DNA from: Felis catus
Taxonomy: Eukaryota
Assembly (NCBI RefSeq): GCF_018350175.1
Contig: NC_058382.1
Coordinates: 51,090,001 to 51,154,000 of the forward strand
Reading direction: 5' to 3'
DNA: 64,000 nucleotides
Part shown: positions 36,483 through 50,443 of the stretch, one piece after another
How the letters are laid out: every line of letters begins with the position of its first letter
Position numbering within the stretch: the stretch's first letter is position 1
The notes under the pieces: model-generated
What the model was told of the DNA's origin: nothing
The model's input: only the letters and a program-made list of their open reading frames with translations
The model's database searches: none
Position numbers and translations under genes: made by a program

Positions 36483-38574
36483 TCAAGATACTGCTGGCTA
36501 ACTCCAATATGGAAAGAAACTTACAGGTTCCTTAGCTGGATTATACTAGCACCTGGGAGTGGCAATGAGTCTTGGAAGGATCAGTCGTTTCTGGCATCAT
36601 TAGAAACATGCTGGTGATGATCAGGAGAACTTGAAGGATTTTCCAGGATGGCATGTCTTTTACCCTTTTTTTCTTTTTTTCATCTTAAATCCCTGCCTAT
36701 CTAACATATCAAGTTGTGCAATAATTCCATGCTTGGAATACCATTTAGCTGTGCCTGGCATTTCCCAAAACATTATTTCCACGGCCATTCTGTCACAAAA
36801 AGCACTAAGCTACCGTATGGAATCAGGAGGCAGGTATGTAATAAATTATTCTGAGACAAATATCTTCTAAAGAATATGCCCAGGTACTTTGGGAAAGAAG
36901 ATGGCGCAGCAGCATGGAGCCCCTCAGCTTGTCTTGTCCCTGAAACGCAATTAGGTCAGCACCAAACCATTTTGCACACTTAGGAAACTGATCCAAGGAT
37001 TAACACAACAGTCTGAATAACTTGAGCCACAGAACTTGGCAGGTACATGGTGCAGAGAGGTGAACTGGGGGAGAGAAAACCCGCGGAGGGTAGGGAGCTG
37101 TTTTTGTGAAGAGAAGACAGAGAAAGGGGAGAGTGTGGTGCATCAGGAGTGCAGGAAAAACACTCCAAAAGTAGCTGGAGAGAACAAGAGAGAAAGAGTG
37201 AAAACACTCGCAGGAGATTGAACAAGAAATCTGTTCCCCAAAACCCTGATGGGAAGAAAGCAAAGGGTTTCAATATTACCAGGATTCTATAAACACTGGA
37301 GAACAGAGTCTGAAGTTCCAGAGCTCAGCGCCTGGTGGTGCTCTGGGGAGAAAGCAATCAATGCCCAGGAGCAGGCAGTGGGGTCTGAGGGGTCCATGTG
37401 CCCACAGGAAAAGCAGTTCCCTTGCTAAAAGTGCATTTGGAAGAGGCCATATGGCCTCCCCACAGGCCAAGGTCGCAGCGGACCACAGAGAACAGCCACA
37501 TGTGCTGATGTTGGGACAAAGACGCCAGAGTGCGGTATAACCTGGTGCAGTTTGTGTGTTGTGTTTTGCCACAATCTCCGAACCTCTGATGCTGTGCGAT
37601 CACACGACACTTTCTGGGGCAAGCCGGTGGCTGGCCACAATCACTGAACCTCTACCACAGCATGATCACACAAACTTTTTCTGGGGCAAGCCAGCACCCA
37701 ACTCTTGCTCAGAGAGACCCACCCCCAGAGTGTCGGCCTAGGTCCAAAGCTGCAGAGGTCTCTGAAGTGTGCAGTTTTGAAACAAAACCCCATCTGAGCT
37801 AAAACTCTGGAGGGAGGTGCCACCTGGCAGGCAGACAGCTTGGACATATACAGGGTAGAGGCAGGGAGTGGACAGAGGCCTGAGACAAAGGAGGGGTGCT
37901 TGATCATGAGTCAGTGAGAGCACAAAGTGCCCGTGCCAGAGACTAGGGAGCTGGGTGAAGCCATTTCCCCCTCTCCTGTGCACACACGTGCACGCCACAC
38001 TGATCAACCCCAGGAAGCTAAGCAGCGCCGCCTGGGGGAGAATGGAGCCATTACACCAAGACCCGCCCAACTGTTCCCTCCAAGCACATTCCCTAGAAAA
38101 CCAGCACAAGTTCCTCCACCTGCTTAGGAAAAGAACTATAGAGTGCTTCGAAGTTTGACTTCTAGGGGAAACTGGATATAAATTCATTCAGGTTTCATTG
38201 TGTTTTCTGGTTCATTTATAAGTTCATTTTTTTTGCTTCTGTTTTTGTTTAAATTGTTTTTGTTGTTTTTCTTTTCCTTTCTTTTCTTTTCCTTGGATAC
38301 AGTGAAAATTTTATTTTTATTTTTATTATTTTTAAAATTTTGTTATTTTTACTTTGTGTTTTAAATTCTTTTCTTCTATTTCATTTTATTCTATTACATA
38401 ACTTTTTTAAAAATTTTCCTTACCTTTCGTTTTTCTTTTCTTTCCCCTTTTTCTCTATTTTATCAAGCTTCTTCCAACAAGCAGACCAAAACACACCTAG
38501 GATCTAGCTTCGTTTTATTTTTTGCTTTTTTTTTTAATTTTAATTTTTTAGTTCTATTTTTTTCTTCCTCCAGA

Positions 38575-39424
38575 ATGACCAAACAAAGGAACTCACCCCC
38601 AAAAGAAAGAACAGGAAGAAATGACAGCCGGGAGCCATCAACACAGATATAAGCAAGATGTATGAACTAGAATTTAGAACCATGACAGTGACAATACTAG
38701 CTTGGGTTGAAAAAAGCACAGAATCCCTTTCTGCAGAGATAAAATAAGTAAAATCTAGTCAGGATGAAATTAAAATGTTATAACCAAGAAGTCACAATGG
38801 CAAGGATGGACAAAGCAGAGCAGCAAATATAGAAGACAAAATTACGGAGAATAATGAAGCAGAAAAAACGAGGGAAACAAAGACAAATGAGCATGATACA
38901 AGAATTAGATAACTCAGTGACCTATTAAAAAGGAATAATATGTGAATCCTAGGAGTTCCAGAAGATGAAGAGAGAGAAAAAGGGACAGGTTTATGTGAGC
39001 AAATTGTAACAGAAAGCTTTCCTAATCTGGGGAAGGATGGAGATATCAAAATCTCTAAGTACATACAACTCCCATTAGATTCAACAAAAACTAACCATCA
39101 CCAACGCATATCATAGTCAAATTCACAAAATACTCAGCCAAGGAGAGAATCATGAAAGCAGCAAGGGAAAAAAAGTCCTTAACCTACAAGGGAAGACAGA
39201 TCAGGTTTGCGGCAGACCTATCCACAGAAACCTGGCAGGCCAGAAAGGGTGCAGGATACAGTCAACATGCTGAATTGAAAAAATATGCAGCCAAGAATTC
39301 TTTATACAGCAAGGCTGTCATTCAAAATAGAGGAGAGATAAAGAGTTTCCCAGAAGAACAAAAACTAAAGGAGTTCATGACCACGAAACCAGCCCTGCAA
39401 GAAATTTTAAGGGGGACTCTTTGA
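38575..39424 (+). pseudogene. L1 ORF1p, disrupted
   Basis: MTKQRNSP start; MKAAREKKSLTYKGRQIRFAADLSTETWQARK; KLKEFMTTKPALQEILRG. Confidence 0.9.
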
Positions 39425-39550
39425 GGTGGACAAAGATGAAACAAAACAAAAAAGACAAAAAGCAACAAACACTAGAGAATATCACAAGAAACACCAACTC
39501 TACAGGCAACACAATGGCACTAAATTCATATCTTTCAGTATGCACTCTAA

Positions 39551-39764
39551 AATTTTTTAATGTTTATTTATTTTTGAGAGAGAGAGAGAGAGAAAACATA
39601 GTGTAAGTGGGGAAGGGGCAGAGAGAGGAGAAACAGAATCTGAGGCAGGATCCAGGCTGTGAGCTGTCAGCATGGAGCCCGTCGTGGGGGTTGAACCCAC
39701 AAACTACAAGATCATGACCTGAGCCAAAGTTGGACACTTAACTGACTGAACCACCCAGGCACTC
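39551..39764 (-). mobile_element. Can-SINE inserted at the start of L1 ORF2
   Basis: Reverse SINE; TSD cagta(tg/ct)cactctaa at 39536-39550 and 39765-39779. Confidence 0.95.
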
Positions 39765-42700
39765 CAGTACTCACTCTAATGTCAATGGACTAAATGCTCC
39801 ACTCAAAAGACACAGGGTATTGGAATGGATAAGAAAACAAGACCCATCTGTATATTGCTTACAAGAGACCCATTTTAGACTTCAAAGTAAGGGGATGGAG
39901 TAAGGGGATGGAGAACCATCTATCATGCTAATGGTCATCAAAAGAAAGTTGGAGTAGCCATATTTATATCAGAAAAACTAGATTTTAAAATAAAGACTAT
40001 AACAAGAGATTAAGGGCATTATATCTTAATTTAGGGGTTTATCCACCAAAATCTAACAATTGTAAATATTTATGCTCCCAATGTGAAACACCCAAATGTA
40101 TAAATCAATTAATGACAAACATAAAGAAACTCATTGATAATAATACCATAACAGTAGGGGACTTCAATACCTCACTTACAGCAATGGACAGATCATCTGA
40201 GCAGAAAATCAATGAAGAAACACTTTTGAATGACACACTGGACCAGATGGACTTAACAGATAAATTCAAGACATTTTGCATTCTTCTCAAGTGCATAAGG
40301 AACATTCCTCAGAATAGATCACATCCTGGGACACAAATCAACCTTCAACAAGTACAAAAAGATCGAGATCATACCTTGCATATTTTCAGACCACAACACT
40401 ATGAAACTCGAAATCAATCACAAGAAAATATTTGAAGATACCATGAATACTTGGAGATTAAAGAACATCCTACTAAAGAAAGAACAGGTTAACCAAGAAA
40501 TTAAAGAAGAAATTAAAAAGTACATGGAAGCCAATGAAAATGAAAACAGAACCCAAAACCTCTGGGATGCAGCAAAGGTGGTCATAAGAGGGAAGTATAT
40601 AGCCTTCCTAAATCAGAAAGAAAGGTCTCAGATACCTTTCTTACACCTAACTGTAAAAGAGCTGGAAAAAGAACAGCAAATAAAGCCCAAAAACAGCCGA
40701 AGAAAGGAAATAATAAAGATTAGAGCAGAGATCAATGATACCAAAATCAAAAAAACAGTAAAACAGATAAATGAAACCAGAAGCTAGTTCTTTGAAAGAA
40801 TTAAAAAGAGTGATAAACCCCTAGCCAGAGTGATCCAAGAAAAAAAAGGAAAGGAAAGGAAAGGACCCAAATAAATAAAATCATGAATGAGGAGAGATCA
40901 CAACCAACAATGCAGAAATACAAACAATAATAAGATTATATTATGAGCAAATATATGCCAACAAATTAGGCACTCTGGAAGAAATGGAAAAGTTCCTAGA
41001 AACATATAAACTACCAAAACTGAAACAGGAAGAAATAGAAAATTTGAACAGTATAGAAATTGAATAACCAGTAAAGAAATTGAATCAGTAATCAAAAATC
41101 TCCCGACAAACAAGAGTCTAGGGATGGATGGCTTTCCAAGGGAATTCTAACAAACATTTAAAGAAGAGTTAATGCCTATTCTTTTGAAGCTGTTCCAAAA
41201 AATAGAAATGGAAGGAAAACTTCCAAACTCATTCTATAAGGCCACCATTACCTTGATTACAAAACCAGACAGAGCCCCACTAAAAAGGAAACTATAGACT
41301 AATTTCCCTGATAAAAAAAGATGCAAAAATTCTCAACAACATAGTAGCAAACTGGATACAACAATACATGAAAAGAATTGTTTACCACGATCAAGTAAAA
41401 CTTATTCCTGAGATGCAGGGCTGGTTCATCATCTGCAAATCAAACAATGTGACACATCACATTAATAAAAGAAAGGATAAGAACCACATGATCCTCTCAG
41501 TAACGCAGAGAAAGCATTTAACAAAGTACAGCATCCTTTCTTGACGAAAACCCTCAAGAAAGCAGGGACAGGAGGATCATACCTCAAGATCACAAAATCC
41601 ATGTATCAAAGACCCACCGCTAATAGCATCCTCAATGGAGAAAACTGGAAGCTTTCCCCCTAAGGTCAGGAACACGACAAGGATATCCACTCTCACCACT
41701 GTTAGTCAACAGAGTGCTAGAGGTCCTGGCCTCAGCACTCAGACAACACAAAAAAATAAAAAGCAAATAAAAATAAAATCCAAATTGGCAAGGAAGAAGT
41801 CAAACTTTCACTCTTCATAGAAGACATGATATTCTATGTGGGAAACCCAAAAGACACCACCAAAAAACTGCTAGAACTGATCCATGAATTGGGAAAAGTC
41901 ACAGAATATAAAATCAATGTATAGAAATCAGTTGCATTTCTATACACCAAGAATGAAGCAACAGAAAGAGAAATCAAGGAATTGATCCCATTTACAATTG
42001 CACCAAAATCCATAAGATATCTAGGAGTAAACCTAACCAAAGAGGTGAAAAATCTATACAGTGGAAGTTATAGAAAGCTTATGAAAGAAACTGAGGAAGA
42101 CCAAAACAATGGAAAAACATTCCATGCTCACGGATCGGAAGAACAAATACTGTTAAAATGTTGATACTACCCAAAGCGATCTACATACTCAATGCAATCC
42201 TTATCAAAATAACACCAGCACTTTTCACAGAGCTAGAACAAACAATCCTTAAACTTGTATGGAACCAGAAAAGACCATGAATACCCAAAGCAATCCTGAA
42301 AAAGAAAAGCAAAGCTGGAGGCATCACAACTCTGGACTTCAGGCTGAATGACAAAGCTGTAATCATTAAGACAGTATGGTACTGGCACAAAAACAGAAAC
42401 TTAGATCAATGGAACAGAATAGAGAATCCAGAAATAGACCCACAAACATATGGCCAAGTAATCTTTGACAAAGCAGGAAAGAATATCCAATGGAATAAAG
42501 ACAGTCTCCTCAGCAAATAGTGTTGGGAAAATTGGACAGCAACACGCAGGGGAATGAACCTAGACCAATTTCTCACACCATACACAAAAATAAACTCAAA
42601 GTAGATGAAAGACCAAAACATAAGACAGGAATCCATAAAAATCCTAGAGGAGAAAATAGGCAACAACCTCTCTGACCTTGGCTGCAGCAACTTCTTATGT

Positions 42701-43385
42701 GACATGTCTCCAGAGGCAGGGGAAACAAAAGCAAAAACGAACTATTGGGACCTCAAGATAAAAAGCTTCTCCACAGCGAAGGAAACAAGCAGCAAAACTA
42801 AAAGGCAACCAACAGAATGGGAGAAGATATCTGCAGATGACATATCAGATAAAAGGTTAGTTCCCAAAATCTATAAAGAACTTATCAAACTCAACACCCA
42901 AAAAACAAATATTCCAGTGAAGAAATGGGCAAAAGACATGAATAGACACTTTTCCAAAGAAAACATCCAGACGGCTAACAGACACATGAGAAAAGGTTCA
43001 ACATCACTCATCATCAGGGAAATACAAATCAAAACCACACTGAGATATCACCTCACACATGTCAGGATGGCTAACGTGAACAACTCAGGCAACAAGAGAT
43101 GTTGACAAGGATGCAGAGAAAGAGGAACCCTTTTGCACTGCTGGTGAGAACGCAAACTGGTACAGCCACTCTGGAAACCAGTGTGGAAGTTCCTCAAAAA
43201 ATTAAAAATAGAACTACCCAATGACCCAGCAGTTACACTACCAGCTATTTATGCAAAGAATACCAGAGTGCTATTTTGAAGGGGCACATGCACTCCAATG
43301 TTTATAGCAGCACTATCGACAATAGCCAAAGTATGGAAAGAGCCCAAATGTCCACTGACTGATGAATGGATAAAGAAGTTTTGGT

Positions 43386-43387
<2 letters not shown>

Positions 43388-43432
<45 letters not shown>
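43388..43432. repeat. (TG)n microsatellite inside the L1 ORF2 3' end
   Basis: Seen directly. Confidence 0.95.
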
Positions 43433-43433
<1 letters not shown>

Positions 43434-44171
43434 ATACATACAATGGAATATACATACAATGGAATACTGCTCAGTGATCAAAAAGAATGAGACTTTGCCA
43501 TTTGCAACAATGTGGATAGAATTAGAGGGTATTATGCTAAGTGAAATAAGTCATTCAGAGAAAGACAAATATTATATGATTTCCTTCATATGTGGAATTT
43601 AAGATACAAAACAGATGAACATAAGGGAAGGGAAGCAAAAATAATACAAAAACAGAGAGGGAGACGAACCATAAGAGACTCTTAAATATAGAGAACAAAC
43701 TGAGGGTTGCTGGAGGGGAGGTAGGTTGGGGGGTGAGCTAAATGGGTGATGGGCATTAATGAGGGCACGTGTTGGAATGAGCACCAGGTATTATATGGAA
43801 GAGATGAATCATTACATTCTATTCCTGAAATCATTATTATACTATATGTTAACTAACTTGGATTTAAATAATAAAAAAAGAATATTCCCAGATCTTCCCT
43901 TCTCTGAGAATTATCTGTAGTTAGCATGTTTCACCAGCTATTGATTCTCAGTTACCTAGTACTTAACGGAGGATATCTGGAAATTCAGTGTTTCATAACT
44001 GAAAATGGTATATAAACAAAATTTATTTTTATTTGCTTTGACTTCAATCCATATTTACTTGAAGGAATGAATGGAATGGTGGACGGACGGATGGATGAAT
44101 AAACACAGGGACACATGGATGGATGAAACAGGTTTGACTGCTGTTCCTGTAAATATGTGTATTATATATTC

Positions 44172-44540
44172 TGTCTTAGTTCAGGTTACTACAACAAATG
44201 TTCATAGACAGGGTGTCTTAAACAACAAACATTTCTCATACTTCTGAAGAGAGGGAAGTCCAAGATCAAGGTGCCAGTGTATCCAGTGTCGGTGAGGGTC
44301 CCAATCCTGCTTTGTAGATGGCCATCTTCCCACTGTATCCTCACATGGGAGAAAGAGAACTGGCCATCTCTCTGGCCTCTTATTATATGGCACTAATACA
44401 GCGTTCATGAGGGCTCCACCTTCATGACCTAATGACCTCCCAAAGGTCCTATCACCTAATAGGTGATATTGGAATATTGGATATTGGAATTAGGGTTTCA
44501 ACACATGAATTCTGAGGGGACAAAATAGAGACCATTACTA
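44172..44540 (-). mobile_element. MaLR solo LTR (MLT1A-like)
   Basis: tgtcttagtt start; gggaagtccaagatcaaggtgcc; ttagggtttcaacacatgaattctgagggga. Confidence 0.85.
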
Positions 44541-44654
44541 TATATAATGTAACATAATAACATACATACATAAGGCCTTTTACTCTGCTCTCAAACATTT
44601 TGGGAAAACTGAGGCTATTTAGCAATTCAGGCATCCACTCATCATATTTCATTA

Positions 44655-44957
44655 TAGATGACCCCTGAAGACACGGAGGTTAGCTTCCGGACTCCCCTGT
44701 ACAACTGAAAATCCACATAGAAATTTTGACTCCCCAAAACCTTTACTTACTGCTGACCAACAGCCTTACCCATAACATAGATAGCTGATTAACATGTATT
44801 TTGTATACGTATTATATACTATATTCTTATAACAAAATAATCTGAAAAAAAGATGTTATTAAGAAAGTCATAGGAACAAAAATATTTACAATACTGCATT
44901 GTAAAAAATCCATGTATGAATCCAAGTTCAAACTCACTGCTGTTCAAGGGCCAGCCA
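44655..44957. mobile_element. TcMar-Tigger MITE (MER8/Tigger2a-like)
   Basis: Degenerate terminal inverted repeats tagatgacccctgaa / ttcaagggccagcca, flanked by TA. Confidence 0.8.
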
Positions 44958-45452
44958 TACTCCTTGGCCTCTCTCCTATTCCTCCATTTTCCTTCATCTC
45001 GATTATCCACACAAATGCAAAAATGACAATTTGTGTATTTCATCTTAGTAAAAAGGAAATATGCTTTTCCTTTTCCTTTGCAAATGAAAGTTCTCTGTGT
45101 GAGGCTTGATAGGTATTAATTGAGGAAATGTCTCATAGAGGGGAGGTCAGGACCACTGGATTCGTAAAGGTGAAGCAGATTATTTTTCTTTAAGTGCTTA
45201 GGCTTTATGCCCTGAGGCTCCAAAAGTGAAACTTGTGAGCTCTTCTCACAGTGAAGTAAAGAATTCTTCATCTATGTGTTAACTCACGTGCAATAAAACT
45301 CTAGTGAAATTTTAGGTTAAGGTGTCACCTCCTAAAAGTATTTACATTTTAGACTGTCTCTAGATAAAAGCAGCAACATTCCTTTGGGATAATAATAATA
45401 ACACAATAATAATTACAGCTATCATTGAGAATCAGTTATATATATCATTGTC

Positions 45453-45681
45453 TGCTAGGAACTGAATGTTCGTGTCCCTTCCAAATTCACATACTGTTAC
45501 CCTAACCCGCAATGTGATATCTGGAGGTGGGGCCATTGGAGATAATTATAGTTAGATTAGGTCATGAGGGTAAACCCTCATGATGGGATTAATGCCCTTC
45601 CCTCTCCCTCCCTTCCCTCTGCCCCTCCTTTAATCCCCCCAGTCTACAGTAATTTGTTACAGCAAAACCCAAACTAAGACA
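45453..45681 (+). mobile_element. Internally deleted MaLR LTR (MLT1A/MST-like) inserted in a MIR
   Basis: ctgaatgttcgtgtcccttccaaattc...aatttgttacagc...aaactaagaca. Confidence 0.8.
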
Positions 45682-45844
45682 CTATCCTAACCAGCTTAAT
45701 TCTCCAAAGAAATAGGTAAGGAAACCAAGCCACAGACAACATAACTCAGTTGTGCAAAGTCAAAGAGCTATTAAGTAGAAGATACCAGATTCAGAGGCAG
45801 GCATATGTTTACCACCATGATAAACGGTGGGAAGAGGAGCATGT

Positions 45845-46292
45845 GGGCCCTTGGGTTGTGTTTTGTGGACACTGACGTGGAGAGGTGCATGTAGAAGGTT
45901 CTTTGGAGAATGCTCTTGGAACAACATGTGTCAGGGAGCATGGAAAGAAGGACTGAGAACAGGGAGACACTGAACAGCTAGGCAGTCAGACCAGAGCCTT
46001 AGCCTATGCAGTGGGTAGCACCAGAGTCAGGATGACCCTTTGAGGATGTCCTGAACTGAGGGAATGACTCCAGGATTACTACCTTCCATCCTCCACTGAC
46101 CCATCACGGGGTGTGGGCTGTCTCCAGCAATGGGGTACGCTCCCAAGTGGGGCAGCACCTTTCGGCTGAAGCAGCGCTTAACAAGAGACACAGCCAAGAG
46201 CCATCAGCAGCCAACACTCCCGGCGGGTGGGAGTAGTAAGTCCTCAGGTGGCGAAAGAGTAATTTTAGGGGTACACCACAACATCACCCCTA
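45845..46292 (-). mobile_element. ERVL LTR (LTR33-like)
   Basis: Appears related to the reverse complement of 56362-56740; resembles recalled LTR33/LTR16. Confidence 0.5.
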
Positions 46293-46359
46293 CCTGGGGT
46301 CATCAAGTGGAAAATTAATCAAATCAAAGAGACGAAGGAAGGAGTTCCTCCAGAAGTAC

Positions 46360-47640
46360 CCATAGATCTTATATCTAAAGGAAGAGAGAGATTTAACTAG
46401 GCAAGAAGAGTGATGAGGCTTACTAAGGAGAGGAAACATCATGTGCAAATAATTTGTGAACTGATCAAGAGGCTTTAAATTGAGGAATTTAAAAAGCCAG
46501 TGTGAGTGACACAGAAAGCAAAGTGGTGTGTGATAGAATGGGACCAGATTATGCAGAGCCTTCAGGCAAAGATAAGGACGTCACCTTTATTCAAAGAACA
46601 ATGGGAAACTTTTGAACCATTTTAAGTACGGGCTGACAAAAAGACTGTTTCAAAAGATTACTCTGACTCCAGGAGGGAGACCAAATGAGAGGTGGGTAGG
46701 GATGATCTGGGGAAAGAGGCCTAAGACTGCTGCTGCCATCAGGCCAGAGAAGATGTCTGCTTCTGCACGGGTGGGGTGACAGGAGAGATGACACACATAC
46801 ATTTGGGAGATAATCCGAAAGTACGGTTTGGAGCACTAAGTGACTGGATATGAGGGTACAGGAGAAAGAGGTGTTGATGATGACGCCCAGGAGCCTAATC
46901 TGTGCAACTGGCTGGAAGGACAGGCCTCTTACCGAGAGAGAGCACTGGAAAGAGTGCACTTCACTTAATCGGTGAAGACTGAGAGTTCTAGTGTGGGCAG
47001 GGAGATTTACATTCCCTGGAAGAGGAGTGGGCAATTGGATATGTAGCTCAGAATTGCACAGAAGGCCTTGGTTCCAGGTAAAGACTTAAGTACTCTGTGT
47101 TCAGTTTATCAAAGTCACAGGCACAATGGAGACCAAAGAGGAAGTGTGCAGAGTGAGAAGAAAAGAGGCCCAAGTAGGAGTCATGAGGACTATTTGAAGA
47201 CCCATACCCAAGGTAAGGCAGTGCTTTAGGGAGAGAGTGTGTCAAAACTGTTGAGAAGTCAAGTGAGATGGAACTCAGAATGGCCACTGCACTCTGCTAC
47301 ACTGGTATCACTGGGAATCTCAGGTAGCAGCGCTTTGATGCCATGATAAGCATAGAAGATATGTTGGACTAGGTCGAGCACTCAGTGCTTCCAGAGGAAG
47401 TGGAAGCCCTGAATTCAAACTACTCTTTCGAGATGAGTGGATCAAAACATGGCAAAACTCTAGAAAAGAGTAGAATTGAAGAGGGATGCTCCATTTTTGT
47501 TTTAAAATCTGGGCATGTTTAGACACCAGTGGGAAGGGTCCAACTGAGTGGCAGGAGTTGGATATATGAACAAGAACAGGAATAGTAGGTTACCTCATAG
47601 CACAAGGGGAGGGATTGGTGTCAGATGTGTAAACGGGTGG
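46360..47640 (-). mobile_element. L2 LINE fragment
   Basis: ccagattatgcagagcc...caatgggaaacttttgaaccattttaag; gactggatatgaggg; aattggatatgtagctc. Confidence 0.7.
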
Positions 47641-49695
47641 TCAAGTCCCTTAGCCTAACAAGAGAGAGAACAAAAGAAGCACAATTGAAAGTAAGTTTGA
47701 ATATTTGGGGTCCATGGGTATGTGAGCTCCCATCCCACTTGATTTTCTTTGGGAAGGAAAGTGGAGGTGAGGTTGACACCATGAATGTTTATTTAACTTA
47801 AAAGGATTGGACTGGAATGGATTGAGAAAGGGACTCAAATAACATCAAAAGAATAAATGACAACACTAAAAATGTGGGGAAGCACCCAGAAAAGAACCAA
47901 GTGAACTGCACCCAACAGAATGATCAACTGTGAATTGTCTTTTCTACACCTGTTCAGAGCTTCTTGGCATTACATTTAACGAACCAGAGGCCCACTGTCC
48001 GAGTGCATACCTATAGTAAGACCAAAATCTTACATCATCTTCCCCAACTGTCGCAACTTCTACTAAAAAACTAAATCAGCATTTCTTAGAGCAGCTAGTT
48101 TTGAAAGACATAGGACGAATTGTTCTCTAGAGCCTGTTTAAGAATTTGGAAAAAATATAAGGCAATTTAAAAAGCAATAAGCTATTTTACGCAGCAGTCT
48201 GGCCATCTAAAAATGCATCCTGCTCTAGCTTTCAACTCTGTCTCCTGCCTCTTGGATTTTCATCACTACGAAATAACATTGCGAGGATTCTCTCCAAATG
48301 AATATGTTACTAGCAGTGTCCACAGTGGGAAAGAACAAATCGGAAAATACATATCAGCCTCTCTGTATACTTCCCGATGGCTAATCAGTTTAATTAGCAC
48401 AATTAAAACCACCTACCCTTATCCAAGAACTTAACACAAAAAAGCATGCAATGAGTGTAAGCTCTTAAGAAGAAATAAAATTTACAAAATGTACCAATAC
48501 TTGCAATCCAACTGTTAGCGTTATAAATTTCATCTGGTATTTAATCTGGCATTAATTTCATTTTATGATAACTACAATCATATTGTTTCTCAGTAATAAC
48601 ATTTCCAATTAAATACTGATTCATAATTTTAGACGGTTATAAATTTAAATTCTGAAAAGTCAAAAATAATGATTGCTATTTTCAGGTTTCTATGGAAATT
48701 TTGAAAAATTAAAAAAAAAACCTTGGAATTAACTTTTTTTCATCCAGAGTGAGCCTAAATACTGTTTAAATAAAATATCTAAGATGCATTCACTAAACAC
48801 TGTGTTGTAAATATTTTGGTTCCCAGGGGGAAAAAATGTAGATTATAACGTTAAACTGCATAAAAATAATGGGTTGAGCACACAGAAAAACTTGGATGCC
48901 TTCCCAAATTCCATAAAAATGAGAGTAAAGACATTTTTAGATGTTGAAACATAAGAACAAAGGAAAAAGAACAACCATATTTTGGAAGCTGAGAAACAGA
49001 ACAAGTGTTCACTGACTTGGCAGACTTGAAAAAGCCGAATCGTAAATCGGGAAATGGATGGGAAGAGGATTTATACCCAGAATATGAAGAGGATTTATAC
49101 CCAGAATCCCCCAACTGCCAGGCCATGAACATGAAAGTATGGGGCTGAGGGTAGGAATATGGTCTGAAACTCTGTTAAAGAAGGAGACAGATGCCCAGAT
49201 CCTCACCACACATTTACAGAGAGAGAATGGCACTTTACACTCTCTGAGAAGAACGAGAGGCTACACAGGAAGAGGAAGACTTAAAATTAAAACTATCATT
49301 CTCCTGAGAGAGCTCAGAGAAAACAACAGAGCCAGGATGGTATGAGAAAGGAAACATTCGTATGTGGAAGCCTCCCTGCCAAAAAAAAAAAAAAAAAAAA
49401 AAAGCTTATGTGATTTAAAAATGTGATGGAAAAATTGAGTTTTCTACTGAGAAATGAAAAACTCAATAGAAAACTTGGAAATTTAGTGGAGGTTGTCTTC
49501 CAGAAATGAGAGCAATAGGGAAATATTGAGAAAAATAATTAGAAAAGCAGAGGAAGAGTCCAGGAGGCTTAACATGCAAACAGGAGCGCCAGAAAAAGAG
49601 GGAGACCAGAGATAAGGTAACTTGTTCACGTCTAAACACAAGAAAAACTCCTAGAACTGAGAGGCTTGTGTTGCCAAATTAAAAGCGCGTGACAT

Positions 49696-49843
49696 GGGGC
49701 ACCGGGTGGCTCAGCTGGTTAAGCGTCCAACTCCTGATTTCAGCTCAGGTCACTATTTCACAGTTTGTGGTTTCAAAACCTCATACAGGGCTCTGTGCTA
49801 CAGCGCGGAGCCTGCTTGGGATTCTCATTCTCCCTCTGTCCCT

Positions 49844-49895
<52 letters not shown>

Positions 49896-49930
49896 CTCTC
49901 TCTCAAAAATAAACTTAAAAAAAAAAAAAA
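49696..49930 (+). mobile_element. Can-SINE
   Basis: Head, long (CT)n tract, A tail. Confidence 0.95.
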
Positions 49931-50247
49931 CTATATAAGTTCCATAACATGAGAATACAGACCCAGACCAAGGCATGTTACTGCAAAATTTCAGAACACT
50001 GAGACAGAAAAAAAGGGAAGAATCTACATGTTTTCAGAAAGGAAAAACAAACAAAAACAAAGACATACTGGTTTTCCAAAATAACACTAGGCACGTATAA
50101 AGTTTCAAGAATGCAAACAAATTCCAACCTGTTATAACACTTGGAAGATAAAAGCACCAAAATAATGCCTTCAAAATTATCAGATAAATTCCCTCTTATT
50201 TTTATGCCCAACTTGCTATGAGTTAATTTTAAAAGCAGAATACAGAA

Positions 50248-50443
50248 GGGGCTACCTGCGTAGCCCAGTTGGTTGAGTGTCTGACTTTGGTTCAGGTCAT
50301 GATCTCCCAGTTCAGGAGTTCAAGCCCCGTATCAGCTCGCTGCTGTCAGCCTGTCAGCGCAGGACCGGCTCCAGATCCTCTGACCCCCTCTCTATGCCCC
50401 TCTCTTGCTTGCACTCTCCCAAAACATAAATAAAATGTTTTTT
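50248..50443 (+). mobile_element. Can-SINE (diverged variant)
   Basis: Head ggggctacctgcgtagcccag; TSD aag(c/t)agaatacag. Confidence 0.9.

Larger units (their letters stand above)
39514..43602 (+). pseudogene. L1 ORF2p, disrupted
   Basis: MALNSYLS start; VGDFNT; LWDAAK; RT catalytic motif mutated (ctcttcatagaagacatg, LFIEDM); C-terminal MEYCSVIKKNE...ICGI; SINE and (TG)n insertions. Confidence 0.94.
36886..43876 (+). mobile_element. Full-length older carnivore LINE-1, decayed
   Basis: 5' gggaaagaagatggcg (YY1 site), 5'UTR, ORF1, ORF2, 3'UTR; 17-bp TSD aaagaatat(g/t)cccag(g/a)t at 36869-36885 and 43877-43893. Confidence 0.97.

Noticed and set aside
39886..39911. 13-bp tandem duplication agtaaggggatgg in L1 ORF2
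   Set aside because: Ordinary post-insertion decay in a dead element.
27902..43602. Reverse transcriptase/endonuclease ORFs as an active or novel system
   Set aside because: Canonical L1 ORF2, with stops, frameshifts and SINE insertions in both copies; they cannot retrotranspose autonomously.
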